DNA of 63,029 nt, the filler included, from Octopus bimaculoides (taxonomy: Eukaryota): assembly GCF_001194135.2 (NCBI RefSeq). It is 5 parts of 5 records of this genome, joined end to end, with 100 filler letters (N's around TTAATTAATTAA, not from the genome) between each part and the next. Parts side by side here need not be neighbours in the genome. Positions count along the whole stretch, not along the records: positions 1 to 8,111 come from NC_069003.1; positions 8,212 to 28,944 come from NC_069004.1; 3 more parts are not named here. The stretch is one strand, 5' to 3'. Positions 1 through 11,736 of the stretch are shown here, one piece after another (position 1 is the stretch's first letter; the number at the start of each line of letters is the position of its first letter). A program made the position numbers and the translations under genes. The notes under the pieces are model-generated. The model did not search any database. It saw nothing but the letters and a program-made list of their open reading frames with translations, and was not told where the DNA came from.

Positions 1-116
1 TATATATATATATGTATGTATGTATGTATGTATATGTGTATGTGTGCATGCACGTGCACGCACATATTTGTAAACATGTATATACGCGCACGCACACACA
101 TATACAAGCCTTATAA

Positions 117-348
117 GGCGGCGAGCTGCCAGAAACATTAGCACGCCGGGCGAAATGCTTAGCGGTATTTCGTCTGCCGCTACGTTCTGAGTTCAAATTC
201 CGCCGAGGTCGACTTTGCCTTTCATCCTTTCGCGGTCGATTAAATAAGTACCAGTTACGCACTGGGGTGGATATAATCGATTTAATCTGTTTGTCTGTCT
301 TTGTTTGTTCCCTCTGTGTGTAGCCCCTTGTGGGTAGTAAAGAAATAA
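117..348 (+). mobile_element. tRNA-derived SINE family A (GGCGGCGAGCTGGCAGAA head)
   Basis: B-box-like GAGTTCAAATTCC. Near-identical or partial copies at about 16290-16575 (-, two), 26653-26876, 36830-36985, 38652-39052 (-, two), 39320-39455, 43250-43620, 49290-49432 (-), 50290-50390 (-), 53497-53710, 54940-55000 and 60212-60300. Confidence 0.85.
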
Positions 349-750
349 CATATACAAGCCTCCACTAGACTACGATGTTTCATTTATTTTTATTTTTATT
401 CACTTCCTTCGCTACATATAAATATGTTATGTTATTAGTTTCCCTTATTTGATGTACTACCTTAGTTCTCTCCCTTCCTCCTTTTTTGACTCAGCAATTA
501 GCTCTTTCAAATTTAACAGAACGACAAATAACTCTCTGAGTTTAACCTTTAGCATCACGCTTACAACCCCCTCCCTTTATATCTCTATGCAAACAAGCGT
601 TCTTATTCCTAAAGCCCATGGAATAATATCATTGACCCCTTTATATCTCTATGTAAACAAACCTTCTAACGGTCACTGACCATGTAACATCTCTGTTCGT
701 AAGTTACCTCATCATTTCGTTTTTGTCTTGCTATTATATGTTTTATTATG

Positions 751-841
751 AACTCCCTGAAGAGAAATATATGAGAAACCCCAACAGCTCTTCCTTCTTT
801 GTGAAAGTGCTCTCATTTATTTTGAAACATGTGTAGGAATT
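751..841 (+). ncRNA. Type-I hammerhead ribozyme motif (Penelope/retrozyme-type)
   Basis: Stem I AACUCC/GGAAUU (5/6 paired); CUGAAGA 757-763; 13-bp stem II 764-776/811-823 (11 WC, 1 GU, 1 mismatch); GAAA 824-827; stem III CAUGUG; GUA cleavage triplet 833-835. Confidence 0.75.
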
Positions 842-1029
842 AAAGGAACTTTTATTGACATGCGTTTTGGTCCATTTATTATTATTATTCTTCATATCCT
901 CTCAAAATTTATCACTTTAACGGCTGTGATATCTAGTTTTTTAGCGTAACTTTGCTACCTCTGGTAACTATTAACGTATTTAAATTATCAAAGGTTCTAA
1001 TAACTGAGATAATATTAATATATACATAA

Positions 1030-1077
<48 letters not shown>

Positions 1078-1289
1078 CAAATCTTTCACTTTCCGTCTAC
1101 CAAATTCACTCAAAAGCCTTAGTCTGCCGGCACCTATAGTAGAAGACGCATGCCAAAGGTGTCGCATAGTGGAACTGAATCCGGAGCCATGTGCCTGAGA
1201 AGCAAGCTTCTTAGCGCACAGCCATGCCTGCACCTATATGTATGTATGTTTTTGTATATGTGTGTGTGTTTGCATGTATGCCTAGCAGT

Positions 1290-1855
1290 ATGGCAGCCAC
1301 CAATCAGACCACATCAACTTCTAGGGGTATATCTTCCACCCTAAACTTGGAAGCACGTCTCCCAAGGTATACGGGTAGAAGCACCACTTCATCAGTTTTC
1401 AACGGTGTTGCTGAGTACAGCCTGGCAGTAGCTACCTCTCGAAACTGCACCTCCACTGTTCTAAATTTTCTTCCTCTGGCAAGAATGGTTTAAGTGCCTT
1501 TTCTATTTGACCCGTCGACATGACTTCAATTTTCCTGGTTGTTACCGAGTACATTCTGTAGATTATTGTCTTCTCATTTTTTCTTTTAAAACCTTAGGGG
1601 TAGGGACGCCTTCACTTCGTTCTCCTCCCTTTTAATCATTTCCTTGAATTTACTTAATTCCTCCGGCCTCACATCTTCGCTTTTTTCTTTCGTCGCCTCT
1701 GCATAATTCTTTGTCTCCTTTACTTCATCAATTTTCTTCAAGCTTCTAACCAAATCTTCCTCAGAAGACATAAAGCTTGAAGAAGAATATTTTAAATCTT
1801 CACAACTCGTCACACGATGCCCCTCCATTGAACAAGAGGTAAAATGTCGCACCGC
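1290..1855 (-). mobile_element. LINE ORF1-like remnant
   Basis: Frameshifted charged/coiled segment followed by VEVQFREVATARLYSATPLKTDEVVLLPVYLGRRASKFRVEDIPLEV, which is RRM-like ORF1 character; stops present. Confidence 0.45.
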
Positions 1856-1964
1856 TTAGACAACAAAAACACATGTGTTACAAACAAAGACAGTAGTTGA
1901 ATTAACCAAAACGATAAACCAGAAGCGAGCTTCTTACCACACAGCCAATCCTGCACCTATGTGT

Positions 1965-3038
1965 ATAATTATATTTGTATATGAATGTTTGTATGTGTAT
2001 GTATATACGCATATAGGCGATTGTATATATAGGCGATTAGTTACAGATTGGAAAGGGTGTAGGTACGTTTAATTATAAATATCTGAATTTTTATGCGAGT
2101 ATGCGTTTGTGTGCATACATGTTCCTATTTGTGTGTGCCTGCGTTTGTAGGTATATGACTTAATAATATAGTATGAGAGTCTGTCTCTATGTGTGCCTGT
2201 GTGTGTATATATGCGTGTGTGTGTACGCGTGTATGTATGTGAGTGCGTGTGTGCACGGCATTGTATATAAGAGTGTGTATGAAGGTGTGGTGTGTTTGTG
2301 TGTTTCTTTATGAAATACAGAGAAACTTTGCGTGGGTGTCTATGTGTATACGTCTCTATGTATGTATCACATGCATTTGTCTCGTCCATGTACAGTGTAG
2401 ATCTGTGTGTAAATGAGTATATATGGGTGTGTCTGTATATATTTTCAAATATGCATCAGCGTCAATTCATGTGTGCGTGTGAGTATGTGTGTGTGTGTGT
2501 GCACGAGCGCGTGTATTAGTGTGTATAACGATGTCGTGTATGAGAGGGATATAGAGAGAGAGAGAGACTTTGAGTTGGTGTCCATATATGTATCCTTCTA
2601 TGCATATATGTATGTAATATATATAAATGAATGTACATGTGTCGTTATATACAGTGAATTTGTGTAAATTAAAGTGAATATACACGTCTTGAGTGTGTGT
2701 GTGTATACATATATGTGTATGTATACATATATGTGTGTGTATGCATATATGTATGTGTGTATACGTGTATGTATGTATGTGAATGGTCTTTGTACGTGCA
2801 TGCATGCACGCGCTTGTTTACGTACGTGTATGTGCGCGCGCGCGTATGTAAAGGTTAGTTGCGATGCAACAGAAGCAAGACTGGGTTGAGATGTTTCGAT
2901 GATTTATCGATCAATATCGATCGATTGACTACCAACAGATTTATGGTTTCAGACACTTGTCGACATTGATGCCGCAATCGACAGGTTTTTTTTTTTTGTG
3001 TGTGTGTNNNNNNNNNNCCGCAATCGACAGGTTTTTTT

Positions 3039-3069
<31 letters not shown>

Positions 3070-3778
3070 TTGAGCACATACATCTATACGCACTCTCATA
3101 TATACACGCATAATTGTATAAATAAATGTGTAGGTATGTATGAAATATATATATATACAGATATGTATGGGTGTGTGTGTATGTACGTATGCATGTATGT
3201 ATGTATGTATGTACGTACGTACGTATGTACGTTTGTATGTATGTATATATATGTGTATGTGTGGTTGGTTTCACAAACGCGAGTAGAAGTTAAAACAGCG
3301 TTTGTATATACGTATCTATGTGTGTGTGTATGTATGCATGCGTGTGTCTGTGTGTCTGTCTGTATACATTCATACATACATACAGAGATACATACATGCA
3401 TACATAGATGTGTATTATTTGGTCATCAGAAGTACTTAGATGAAAGAAAATCACTGATCTACCTTCTGCCCTACTATATTAAGCTTGCACAATCCCCCCT
3501 CCCCCGGATACACACACACACACACACACATACAAACACACACGCACACACATATACATACGCATACGATGAACACACCCTTGTAAATAGTTTGGTTGCT
3601 GCTTCATAAATGTCACTTGTTTATCGTGTGACAGTTTTCCAATATGGCAGCCACATACAGCTAAATCACATGACATTCAGGTTTTATTAATTCAGCTGTG
3701 TAAAGCTAAGTCTACGTGTCTCACTCTTTCTCTTCCCTCTCTCTTTTTCTGTGTGTGTGTGTGCATATGTGTGTGTGT

Positions 3779-3821
<43 letters not shown>

Positions 3822-3900
3822 AGTGTATGTGCACATACGTGTACTTTATGCACTTACAGACACAAGTACACACTTACACACACTCATAGACATATATACG
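1965..3900. repeat. (TG)n/(TA)n/(TATG)n-rich simple-repeat field; similar fields at 40380-41030, 49860-51780, 55140-57020 and 59820-60170
   Basis: Direct reading; explains the VCVC/YIYI/HTHT pseudo-ORFs. Confidence 0.9.
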
Positions 3901-4602
3901 CACAAATCAATTTCATAATCTTTATCGTAAACTTAGCACGTCTTGTGTGCTTATTACTTTTTGTTCTTGACACTATATGCGTGTGTTCGTGGACATATAT
4001 GTATATATATNNNNNNNNNNNNNNNNNNNNNNNNNNNNNNNNNNNNNNNNNNNNNNNNNNNNNNNNNNNNNNNNNNNNNNNNNNNNNNNNNNNNNNNNNN
4101 NNNNNNNNNNNNNNNNNNNNNNNNNNNNNNNNNNNNNNNNNNNNNNNNNNNTATATATGTATGTATGTATGTATGTATATATTATATGCAAGTAAATATA
4201 TATATATATATATATATACACGATGGGCTTTCTCACACTTTCCCGTTGCCAAATTCACTCGCAAGGCATTGGTCGGCCCGGAGTTATTGTAGAAGATACT
4301 TGCCCAAGTTGCCGCAAATTAGGACTGAACTCACAAATCCTGCGGCTGCAAAGCGACTTTCTCACTCACAGCGATGCCTGTGCTTATATACATAGAGAGA
4401 AGACAGTAGAAAGCCATTTTTTATCTCGCGTTTTATAGAAAATATTCGTGTGTATATGATATATATATATATATCGTCAGTGGATCATATACCCGAAAAA
4501 GAAACACACTTTAATTTAATTTGCGATATTTATGCATAATTGCGGTTTTGCGTGTGCTTTTCTGTGGGTATGTATAAATATTTCATTTATTTCGCTCAGT
4601 AT

Positions 4603-4659
4603 GTTTTGCTGATGAAGGAAACGTTATCAAACTAATCCAGAAATTGGTCAATCTAAAAC
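4603..4659 (+). ncRNA. Type-I hammerhead ribozyme motif, weak stem II
   Basis: Stem I GUUUUG/UAAAAC (6 bp with one GU); CUGAUGA 4609-4615; stem II GGA/UCC with A-A at the closing position; GAAA 4640-4643; stem III UUG-gu-CAA; AUC triplet 4651-4653. Confidence 0.6.
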
Positions 4660-5191
4660 TGTCTGAATTATTTTATGAATTTCTACTTCCTCGATTTCAA
4701 CATGTGTAAATTACCAAGTGATGATTTAGAGTGGTTGGACGGATTTAGCGTCTATCTTCAGCATATAGGCACAGAAGTCTCTGTGTCCTTAATTATAATT
4801 ATAAATCTCTATATATGAATTTACCTAAATAGGTCTATTTTATATACTGGTCACTGATAAAATTTTTAATAATTTTATCCTTTAATTATATTTGTATATG
4901 TTTGTGTGTCTTTGTGCCTATCTTTGTCCCCCGACATCACTTGACAACTAGTGTTGGTCTGTTTATGTCCCCGTAAGTTAGCAGCTAGTCAAAAGAGGGC
5001 GATAGAATAACTACCAGTTCCGGGATCGGTTTATTCGACTAAAACCCTTCAAGGTGGTGCTCCAGCATGGCCGCAGTCAAATGACTGAAACAACGAATAG
5101 GATTTATATATATANNNNNNNNNNNNNNNNNNNNNNNNNNNNNNNNNNNNNNNNNNNNNNNNNNNNNNNNNNNNNNNNNNNNNNNNNNNNN

Positions 5192-5231
<40 letters not shown>

Positions 5232-5617
5232 AAGAGAGACAGAGACAGACAGGCAGACATATAGATCAGAAAAGCCAGCTCACAATATCATTTGACTAAA
5301 GATTTCTTGAAGGGGTCTTAACGCTGAAATATTGAATTACAACGTAAAAGTACAAACCATTGACCCGTGTTATAACTCACGTTGTTTGGGCTTATGAAAA
5401 AATTTAAAACATATATTGCTGTGTGTGTGCGTGTGTGTGTTTTTTGCGCATGTATATATATTTGGAGGAATCTACAATATGTGGAAACAGATTAGATAGT
5501 GAGAAGTACAAGATCATGGAATTACAAAAGGAAACGAATTTATTTGACAGAAAGTATAGAAATGTACGTGGAGAGAGAGAGCCAGAGAGAGGGAGAGCCA
5601 GAGAGAGAGAGAAGAGG

Positions 5618-5651
<34 letters not shown>

Positions 5652-5907
5652 AGAGAGAGAGAGAGAGATGTGAGGTGAGCGAAAGCAATGTTAAAAAGGG
5701 ATAAAGGGGAAGGAAATAGGTGAGAGAGAGAGTGAAGTGTAAAGTAGGGGTACCAAGTGATATGGTATGGGAAAGTCACAAGATTTTTACTCCCAGAATT
5801 CTTTCATACGATTATAATCTGAAAAAATACGCTAAGAGAAGTGTTGAGCTTAGAATGTATGGAAACCTAGATGTGAGAATAATCTTTCTTTTATCTTTTA
5901 TGTTTTG

Positions 5908-6325
5908 CTTCTTTCAATCGATGATTGCAGCCATGCTGTGGCACACGCCGTAAAAGAGTTTTAGTCGAACAAATGGGACCCAGTACTTCGTTTTTCGTTT
6001 TAAGTGTGGTACTTATTCTATCGGCCTCATCTGCCGAACCGTTAAATCACGGTGGTGTAAACGTGCCAACACTTGTTGTGAAGCGATGCGGGGTGGGGAA
6101 AGACAGACACAAGGACACACACATGCTCACAGACGCACGCGCGCGCACACACGCACACATACACACGCTCATATATTTATAACGGTCTTCCGTCTAACAG
6201 ACTTACAAGTATTGGTCTCTGCCCGTGGCTGTAGTAGAGATCACTTGCCCAACGTACAATGCAGTGGGACTGAACCCCAAGCCGCATGGTTGAAAAGTGA
6301 CCATTTTCGCCACACCGCCGTCTCT
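5908..6325 (-). mobile_element. tRNA-derived SINE family B (head, internal microsatellite, tail)
   Basis: Head GGTTCAGTCCCACTG...GGGCAAGTG and tail CTCCAGCATGGCCGCAGTC recur at 1075-1236, 4221-4385, 4890-5100, 10884-11034, 13250-13420, 14090-14347, 23648-24013, 25114-25270, 41952-42112, 46735-47890, 55216-55390, 59262-59365 and 62910-63029. Confidence 0.85.
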
Positions 6326-7317
6326 GCGCCTAAATGGTAAGCAAAATATCGTATTAGAACAATAAAAGAAATATTAATATTTAGTTCAATTATCGCGGAT
6401 TCAGCTGAGTTTTGCCGATTATAGGTTGTATATTTGGGCTCCCATACATTCTGATTGTTGCACATGGCCAAGGATGTTTGTATTTTTCTATCATAATCCT
6501 GTTCATGAAATGCAGTGACACTAAAACTGACTTTTGTTGTCATTCTCTTTATCTCTTATTTCTCGCGCTTACTCCATCTTTTTCTCTCGCTCTCTCGCTC
6601 TCTCGCTCTCCTGTCTCTCTCTTTATATATCCCTCTCTTTATCTCTCTCATTCTCTCTCCCTCCCCCTCTCTCTCCATCAACCTATTTATCTAGACCACT
6701 GAAGATAAGCTATGCTATCGAGCCAGAAACTCATGTCAGCGACTGTGCTCTTATTTCACGGCAATAAGCCTGTCTGTCTCCTTAATACTGTCAGTTTGGA
6801 AAAAGTCTTGGTTCTTGAGATTCTCTTCCTCTCTTACACAGAGCTGGTCTTAATTGCTATTTGGTAATCTCTGCTTCAAGAGGCAGAGATGATATAAATA
6901 AATCAAGTATTTACTTTATAAGGTATTTGATATACCTGTATTTGTCTATGTCATTCAAATATACGCCACTAGCCACCTCGAATTATTTCCCTGAGATGAT
7001 ATTTGTTTAAATTATGTATTCGCCAAATGTGTCAAGTAGAACGAAACTTGCTGCCGTTCCTGTCGAATTACTAACATATGTGGGGTGACGGAGCAGAATT
7101 CTACGTATGTAAATATCTAAATATTAATATGGTTGTTTCTAATTTAAGCACAAGGCCAGAAATTTTAAGAGGAAGAGGCTAGCCGATTACATAAACTCCA
7201 ATACTTGATTGTATTAACTGCGAAAAGATGAAAGACAAAATTAAGCTCGGCAAAACCCGGAAGAAATCCCGCCAAGCATTTTATCAGGTGTTCTATTGTT
7301 TCTGCAGGGCCATGGCA

Positions 7318-7369
7318 ATTATCATTATCATCATCATTATCATTATTATCATCATCATCATCATCATCA

Positions 7370-7444
<75 letters not shown>

Positions 7445-7507
7445 TCATCATCATCATCATCATTATTATTACTATTATCATTAATATTATTATTATTATT
7501 ATCATCA

Positions 7508-7588
<81 letters not shown>

Positions 7589-7612
7589 ATAGTAGTAGTA
7601 GTAGTAGTAGTA
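7318..7612. repeat. Compound trinucleotide microsatellite (ATY)n(AGT)n twice
   Basis: Direct reading. Confidence 0.95.
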
Positions 7613-8111
7613 TTTACTTTTAATTTGCATGTTTGTTACAATCACTTGCCGAAACACACCCAGCGTCTCAGAGCGAATGAAGGATAAGACTGAAAGCTTG
7701 AGGAGAGGAAGTAGCAGGAGCAGTAGGCAAATATCTTCAAGTAATACAACATTTAAATTTATTGGCTTTTTCTAAGGATGTCGGTGCCGTCTTATTCCTA
7801 ATAGAACTTATGTGAGTAACCTTATGTATCCACAAGTTTTCAGTAGACTTTCAAATTTTTATTATCATTATTATTATTGAGTGAGAGAGCAGTGCATGCC
7901 ATCAAAGTGACACTGGGGTGAGATATGCGAAGCCCATTATACCCATCATGACTACACGTCTGATAAGGGTACACCAGGCACATGCATCACAATCATATGT
8001 GCGTGACATAGTGGTCTCATATCAAGATAAACAGCGCATGACCTCGCAGGTGGGGTCCAGTTAGAATTTTCTTCAGGTCGAGTAGCCCATCCCGCTCAAA
8101 AGGTCCCTGGA

Positions 8112-8211
8112 NNNNNNNNNNNNNNNNNNNNNNNNNNNNNNNNNNNNNNNNNNNNTTAATTAATTAANNNNNNNNNNNNNNNNNNNNNNNNNNNNNNNNN
8201 NNNNNNNNNNN
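8112..8211. other. Artificial scaffold spacer (N44-TTAATTAATTAA-N44)
   Basis: Exactly 100 bp; the palindromic 12-mer gives TAA in all six frames; identical at four sites. Confidence 0.95.
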
Positions 8212-8369
8212 GGATCTAACTCAATGCTAAACTCCTAAATAGTCAACTCAGTGGCCCAAGATTCACGTGGACTGGATTCAACTAGATCATAGACACTTGT
8301 GATCAACATCATCAAAACAGTCAACATTAAATGAACCATTACAGAAAATAGGCATGTGCTTAAAGCATC

Positions 8370-8742
8370 GAAGGAAGTGGGGCACCACAGAAATGGTAAA
8401 TGGTTTACAGCACAAAAGAAATCACTTTAAAACTTGCTAAACTAATACTTGAAGTGGTTTATATGAACAGAAATATAATTCCAAAGTGTTCATGGTGTCA
8501 TAGTGAGGAGCTGATCAAAGACTTTGTAATTAAAAAAGTAGGAGAACACTTTTCAAATATAAATAAAGTGGAAGTATATATAAAAATAAACATTATTTTC
8601 CATCTTACTGTTAGTTTTGTTTCATTTTGAAAAATAAAAATTTATTTTATGGTTTATTATTGTTCATATTTTGAATTACATATGTATGGGGGCCACCAAA
8701 ATCTCTTAAGTGCTTAGGGCCTCTATGGATAGTAAACCAGCC
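8370..8742 (+). mobile_element. hAT 3'-end remnant (dimerisation-domain relic plus terminus)
   Basis: EELIKDFVIKK motif followed by gggggccaccaaaatctcttaagtgcttagggcctctatgg...ccagccct; a related terminus occurs at about 24860-24940. Confidence 0.5.
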
Positions 8743-8833
8743 CTAAATACAGTAACTGTTTGAACATTTGACTATTGGTTGGTAGCTTGATACTTTATAA
8801 CAGACACAAATTGTACTGGTTAAAAATACTCAC

Positions 8834-9029
8834 ATCAACACGACACTGATATGGTTTCTCGCCAGTGTGACAGCGCATGTGTTGTTTAAGACGACAGACT
8901 TTATTGAAAACTTTACCACAGCCATCATACTTGCAGACCAGGTCATCTCGGTCCTGTTGATGAACACGGGCATGAGATCCCATGCAGTTAGGAGAAAGGA
9001 AAACTTTGTTACAGCCATCAACAGGACAT
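8834..9029 (-). CDS. ZXDC: ZXD-like gene exon 7, zinc fingers 5-6 and start of finger 7 (CPVDGCNKVF...GCGKVFNKVCRLKQHMRCHTGEKPYQCRVD)
   Basis: cttctattcag|A TGT (phase 2, completes AAA) ... GAT|gtgagt; 196 nt. KVCRLKQH resembles ZXD finger 6 (KACRLKIH, recalled). The gene must continue beyond this exon. Confidence 0.95.
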
Positions 9030-9344
9030 CTGAATAGAAGACAGTTGATTAGAAAAGGGAGAACTGAAAGAAAAATTAATTTATTTTTCATCAATGCAAG
9101 TTTTTAATTACAAATAAATTTAAATATTTTGATGCTGAAGGAATCGATGCAAAAACTAGAAAATTGATGTAAGAGTTAAGAACCTACTTTGGTCTGTTAT
9201 GGTGTGAGCCAGATTAGATTTAGTCATTTTTAAGCCATGTGTGAGGTCATAAAAGATATTTAGCATCCTGCAAGATGACCCTTACTCTTGAGAATGTCAA
9301 CAGAAATACTGGATAAAGATTAACAGTGATCTGAAACATCTAAA

Positions 9345-9597
9345 TCGGAGGTTCTCAACCGGGACCTATATGGCTCTTGTGGTCCATATAAGATTTTGTT
9401 GTAAAAATTTATGTACAATAAATTGCTTATATTCTACAATACACAAGATATTTTAACAACAATTCCTAATAATATTTAAATATAAAAATACTGTAGGATT
9501 TTTTTTTTTTATATATACATTGAATAGTTATGGAGGCCCAGTAGAGTAAAATAGGAATCAAAGGGGTCCATTAGGCAAAAAAATAAAAACCATTGAA
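9345..9597. mobile_element. Decayed hAT-Charlie-type MITE
   Basis: Left end GGAGGTTCTCAACC resembles CAGTGGTTCTCAACC; right end ggggtccat...aaaaccattg. Confidence 0.5.
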
Positions 9598-10576
9598 ATA
9601 AAACACTGATGTCAAACTAGTATGATGCTAAGATGGTTAAAGCAAATTCGATCCTTTAGCTTGCAGCCCACTTTTACTAATTGTTTTTGGCTCCTATGTA
9701 GTTGTGAGGAGACAAAGACCTGCCTAATTATTGACCCTGCAGCGCATTGAGGACACGGCAAGTGGAGGGAGGGCAGCACTGTTGCACCAACAGTCAGCTG
9801 GTACTCATCTTCAGCTGAGCAGACTAGAGCAACAAGAAATGATGTGCCCTATTTAAGGACAGGGGATGCATGATCCAGACACTTTATGATTGCAAGCCCA
9901 ACACTCTAACCACTATGCAATGCACCTTCACTTATTTTTCTGAATTTTTTTTTTAATCAGAGTTTGAAATACAGTCTGAATTTTTTGCCTAAATTCCAAC
10001 AATGGACCACTCTTGGGTGCATCATCATTGTGTTCATGAGATGTGGTAAAAACAACAGCTAAATCACCCATAAATCACACACAAAAAGTTTTTTTTGCCT
10101 AATTGTATGAATTTCTGTAGGTAGAACACAGATTCACAAAAATTTTCTGAAAAGTCCAAAAATATATAGAAAAGTTATGAGGAGTTGTAAGTGATGCTTA
10201 AACCAGAATTCTGCCATAAATAGTTAGTTAAAACTCTTATTAACAGAGGCTTTAGGAGAACTGAGACATAAATAAAAACACCCCACTAATTAATAAACCA
10301 AATCAATATCTGAGTTGTATTTGTAACAAGTTTATATCCCATACCTAGCACTTTGCCTTGATTTTTATCTTTTGTAAGTTAAGTAGGGGAGAAAGAGAAA
10401 TACTCCTTTGGATCAGTGAGGTTGGTTTGGCTGATAACCATCCTAAGCAACTGGTAATAAAGATCTACAGGTAAAAAAAACATGGCTGAGTAAGTAAGGA
10501 AACAAGGTGCTTAAAGCTAACTGAACCTGAATGAGGTGGGGGGAGAGAAGGGGAGGGAAAGAGATAGTGGACTTAC

Positions 10577-10758
10577 TTATAAGTTTTCTCCACATCAGCA
10601 TGATTCTTTAAATGTAAATCAAGTTGCCGTTTTGTTGGGTACCTCTGGTTACAGTTGGGTTTGGGGCAAACTTCATTACATGGACGTTCATGGAGTTTCT
10701 TGTGAGAATTTAAGTTGTAGATTGTTGTAAACTTTCTACCACAACCATCAATGTCACA
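10577..10758 (-). CDS. ZXDC: ZXD-like gene exon 6, zinc fingers 3-4 (CDIDGCGRKFTTIYNLNSHKKLH...CPKPNCNQRYPTKRQLDLHLKNH)
   Basis: tttttttaag|TGT ... TAT AA|gtaagt; 182 nt, phase 0 to 2. FTTIYNL matches ZXD finger 3 (FTTVYNLKAH, recalled). Confidence 0.95.
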
Positions 10759-11130
10759 CTTAAAAAAAGGAAAAAGTGGTAACGATGAGTGGAGCAAGAA
10801 CATAAAACAACAAACATTTAATTTTGTTTAACACTTTAGCATTCAGATTACTCTGGCAAATATAATGCTTATTTATTAACACACACGATGGGCTTTCAGT
10901 TTCTACACACAAGGCTTTGGTTGACCCGAGTCTATAGTGGAAGACTCCAGCCCAAGGTGCCAATGCAGTAGGACTGAACCAAGAACCATGTGGTTGGGAA
11001 GCAAGCTTCTTACCACACAGCCACACCTGCACCTTGTTAATCTGTTAAAAATAGTTCTGTTAAAGATTTTAGAAGTAATACTTTCCCAAATGATAATTGG
11101 AAATGACAAAGAAAATGATTTCTTACTTAC

Positions 11131-11220
11131 AATGTAGTCTTTTCTTCCCTGATGTGACTCAACATGTCTCTTCAGTTTGTATGCTGTGGTGAAAGCCCAG
11201 TCACAGCCAAGCTGGTTACA
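11131..11220 (-). CDS. ZXDC: ZXD-like gene exon 5, zinc finger 2 (CNQLGCDWAFTTAYKLKRHVESHQGRKDYI)
   Basis: ctttctatttaag|TGT ... ATT|gtaagt; 90 nt. GCDWAFTTAYKLKRH matches the vertebrate ZXD finger-2 signature as I recall it (GCGW-x-FTTSYKLKRH). Confidence 0.95.
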
Positions 11221-11423
11221 CTTAAATAGAAAGACATATACACACATATAAGAATATATATTAGCGACAGAGGCAGTCTTAAAGACAGCGATCATACAGT
11301 CTTCTTTTAAAGACAGCTAGGACTATATTATCTAATATGTATTCTCTCTCTCTCTTAAGATAGCAGGGTTTGATTTGAGAAAGATTCGGCTGTTATTTCT
11401 AGCAAGTCAATGAGAGTATTGAG

Positions 11424-11736
11424 CAGGCCTGGCCAACTTGAATTACATTGTGGGCCACATCAATCACAGAAAGTTTTTTGAGGGCCGCTTGTATACTGAC
11501 AGATGCTTTCTCATGCTACTATTACAATAATGAATGAATGATTGTTGATTCAACATGAAATATCGTTGCAAAAACAGTATCTTTCTTTTTTACTTTTCAG
11601 TACAATCTTTAATTTTTGATAAAATTTTTTAAATGTTTGTTTAAATAAACCCAATTCAAGAAAAGTATCAAGCAGGCTACAAGATAAAAGTCTGCAGGTT
11701 GCATGCAGCCCACAGGCCTCAGGTTGGCAAGCCCTG
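11424..11736. mobile_element. hAT-Charlie-type MITE in ZXD intron 4
   Basis: TIRs CAGGCCTGGCCAAC / GTTGGCAAGCCCTG; 8-bp TSD GTATTGAG / GTATAGAG (7/8 match). Confidence 0.75.

Noticed and set aside
117-200. tRNA-like A/B boxes
   Set aside because: SINE heads that continue into SINE body sequence; no cloverleaf tRNA gene.
2968-3060. Short direct repeat around a 10-N gap
   Set aside because: Same overlap artefact at a poly-T/(TG)n tract.
2069-3676. Many VCVC/YIYI/HTHT ORFs (also 49794-51779 and 55044-57049)
   Set aside because: Translations of dinucleotide and tetranucleotide microsatellites.
6695-6742. CUGAAGA...GAAA...GUC motif
   Set aside because: Core present, but stem I does not pair and stems II/III are poor; at best a heavily decayed ribozyme.
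6867-6890. Hairpin with TTCAAGAG loop resembling a synthetic shRNA
   Set aside because: Stem is only 8-10 bp; chance resemblance.
7228-7623. Poly-Ile/poly-Ser ORF; likewise 52048-52578
   Set aside because: Trinucleotide microsatellite with no splice or domain support.
8156-8167. TTAATTAATTAA palindrome recurring four times (possible regulatory or homeobox site)
   Set aside because: Always centred in 44 N + 44 N; it is an assembler-inserted six-frame stop spacer.
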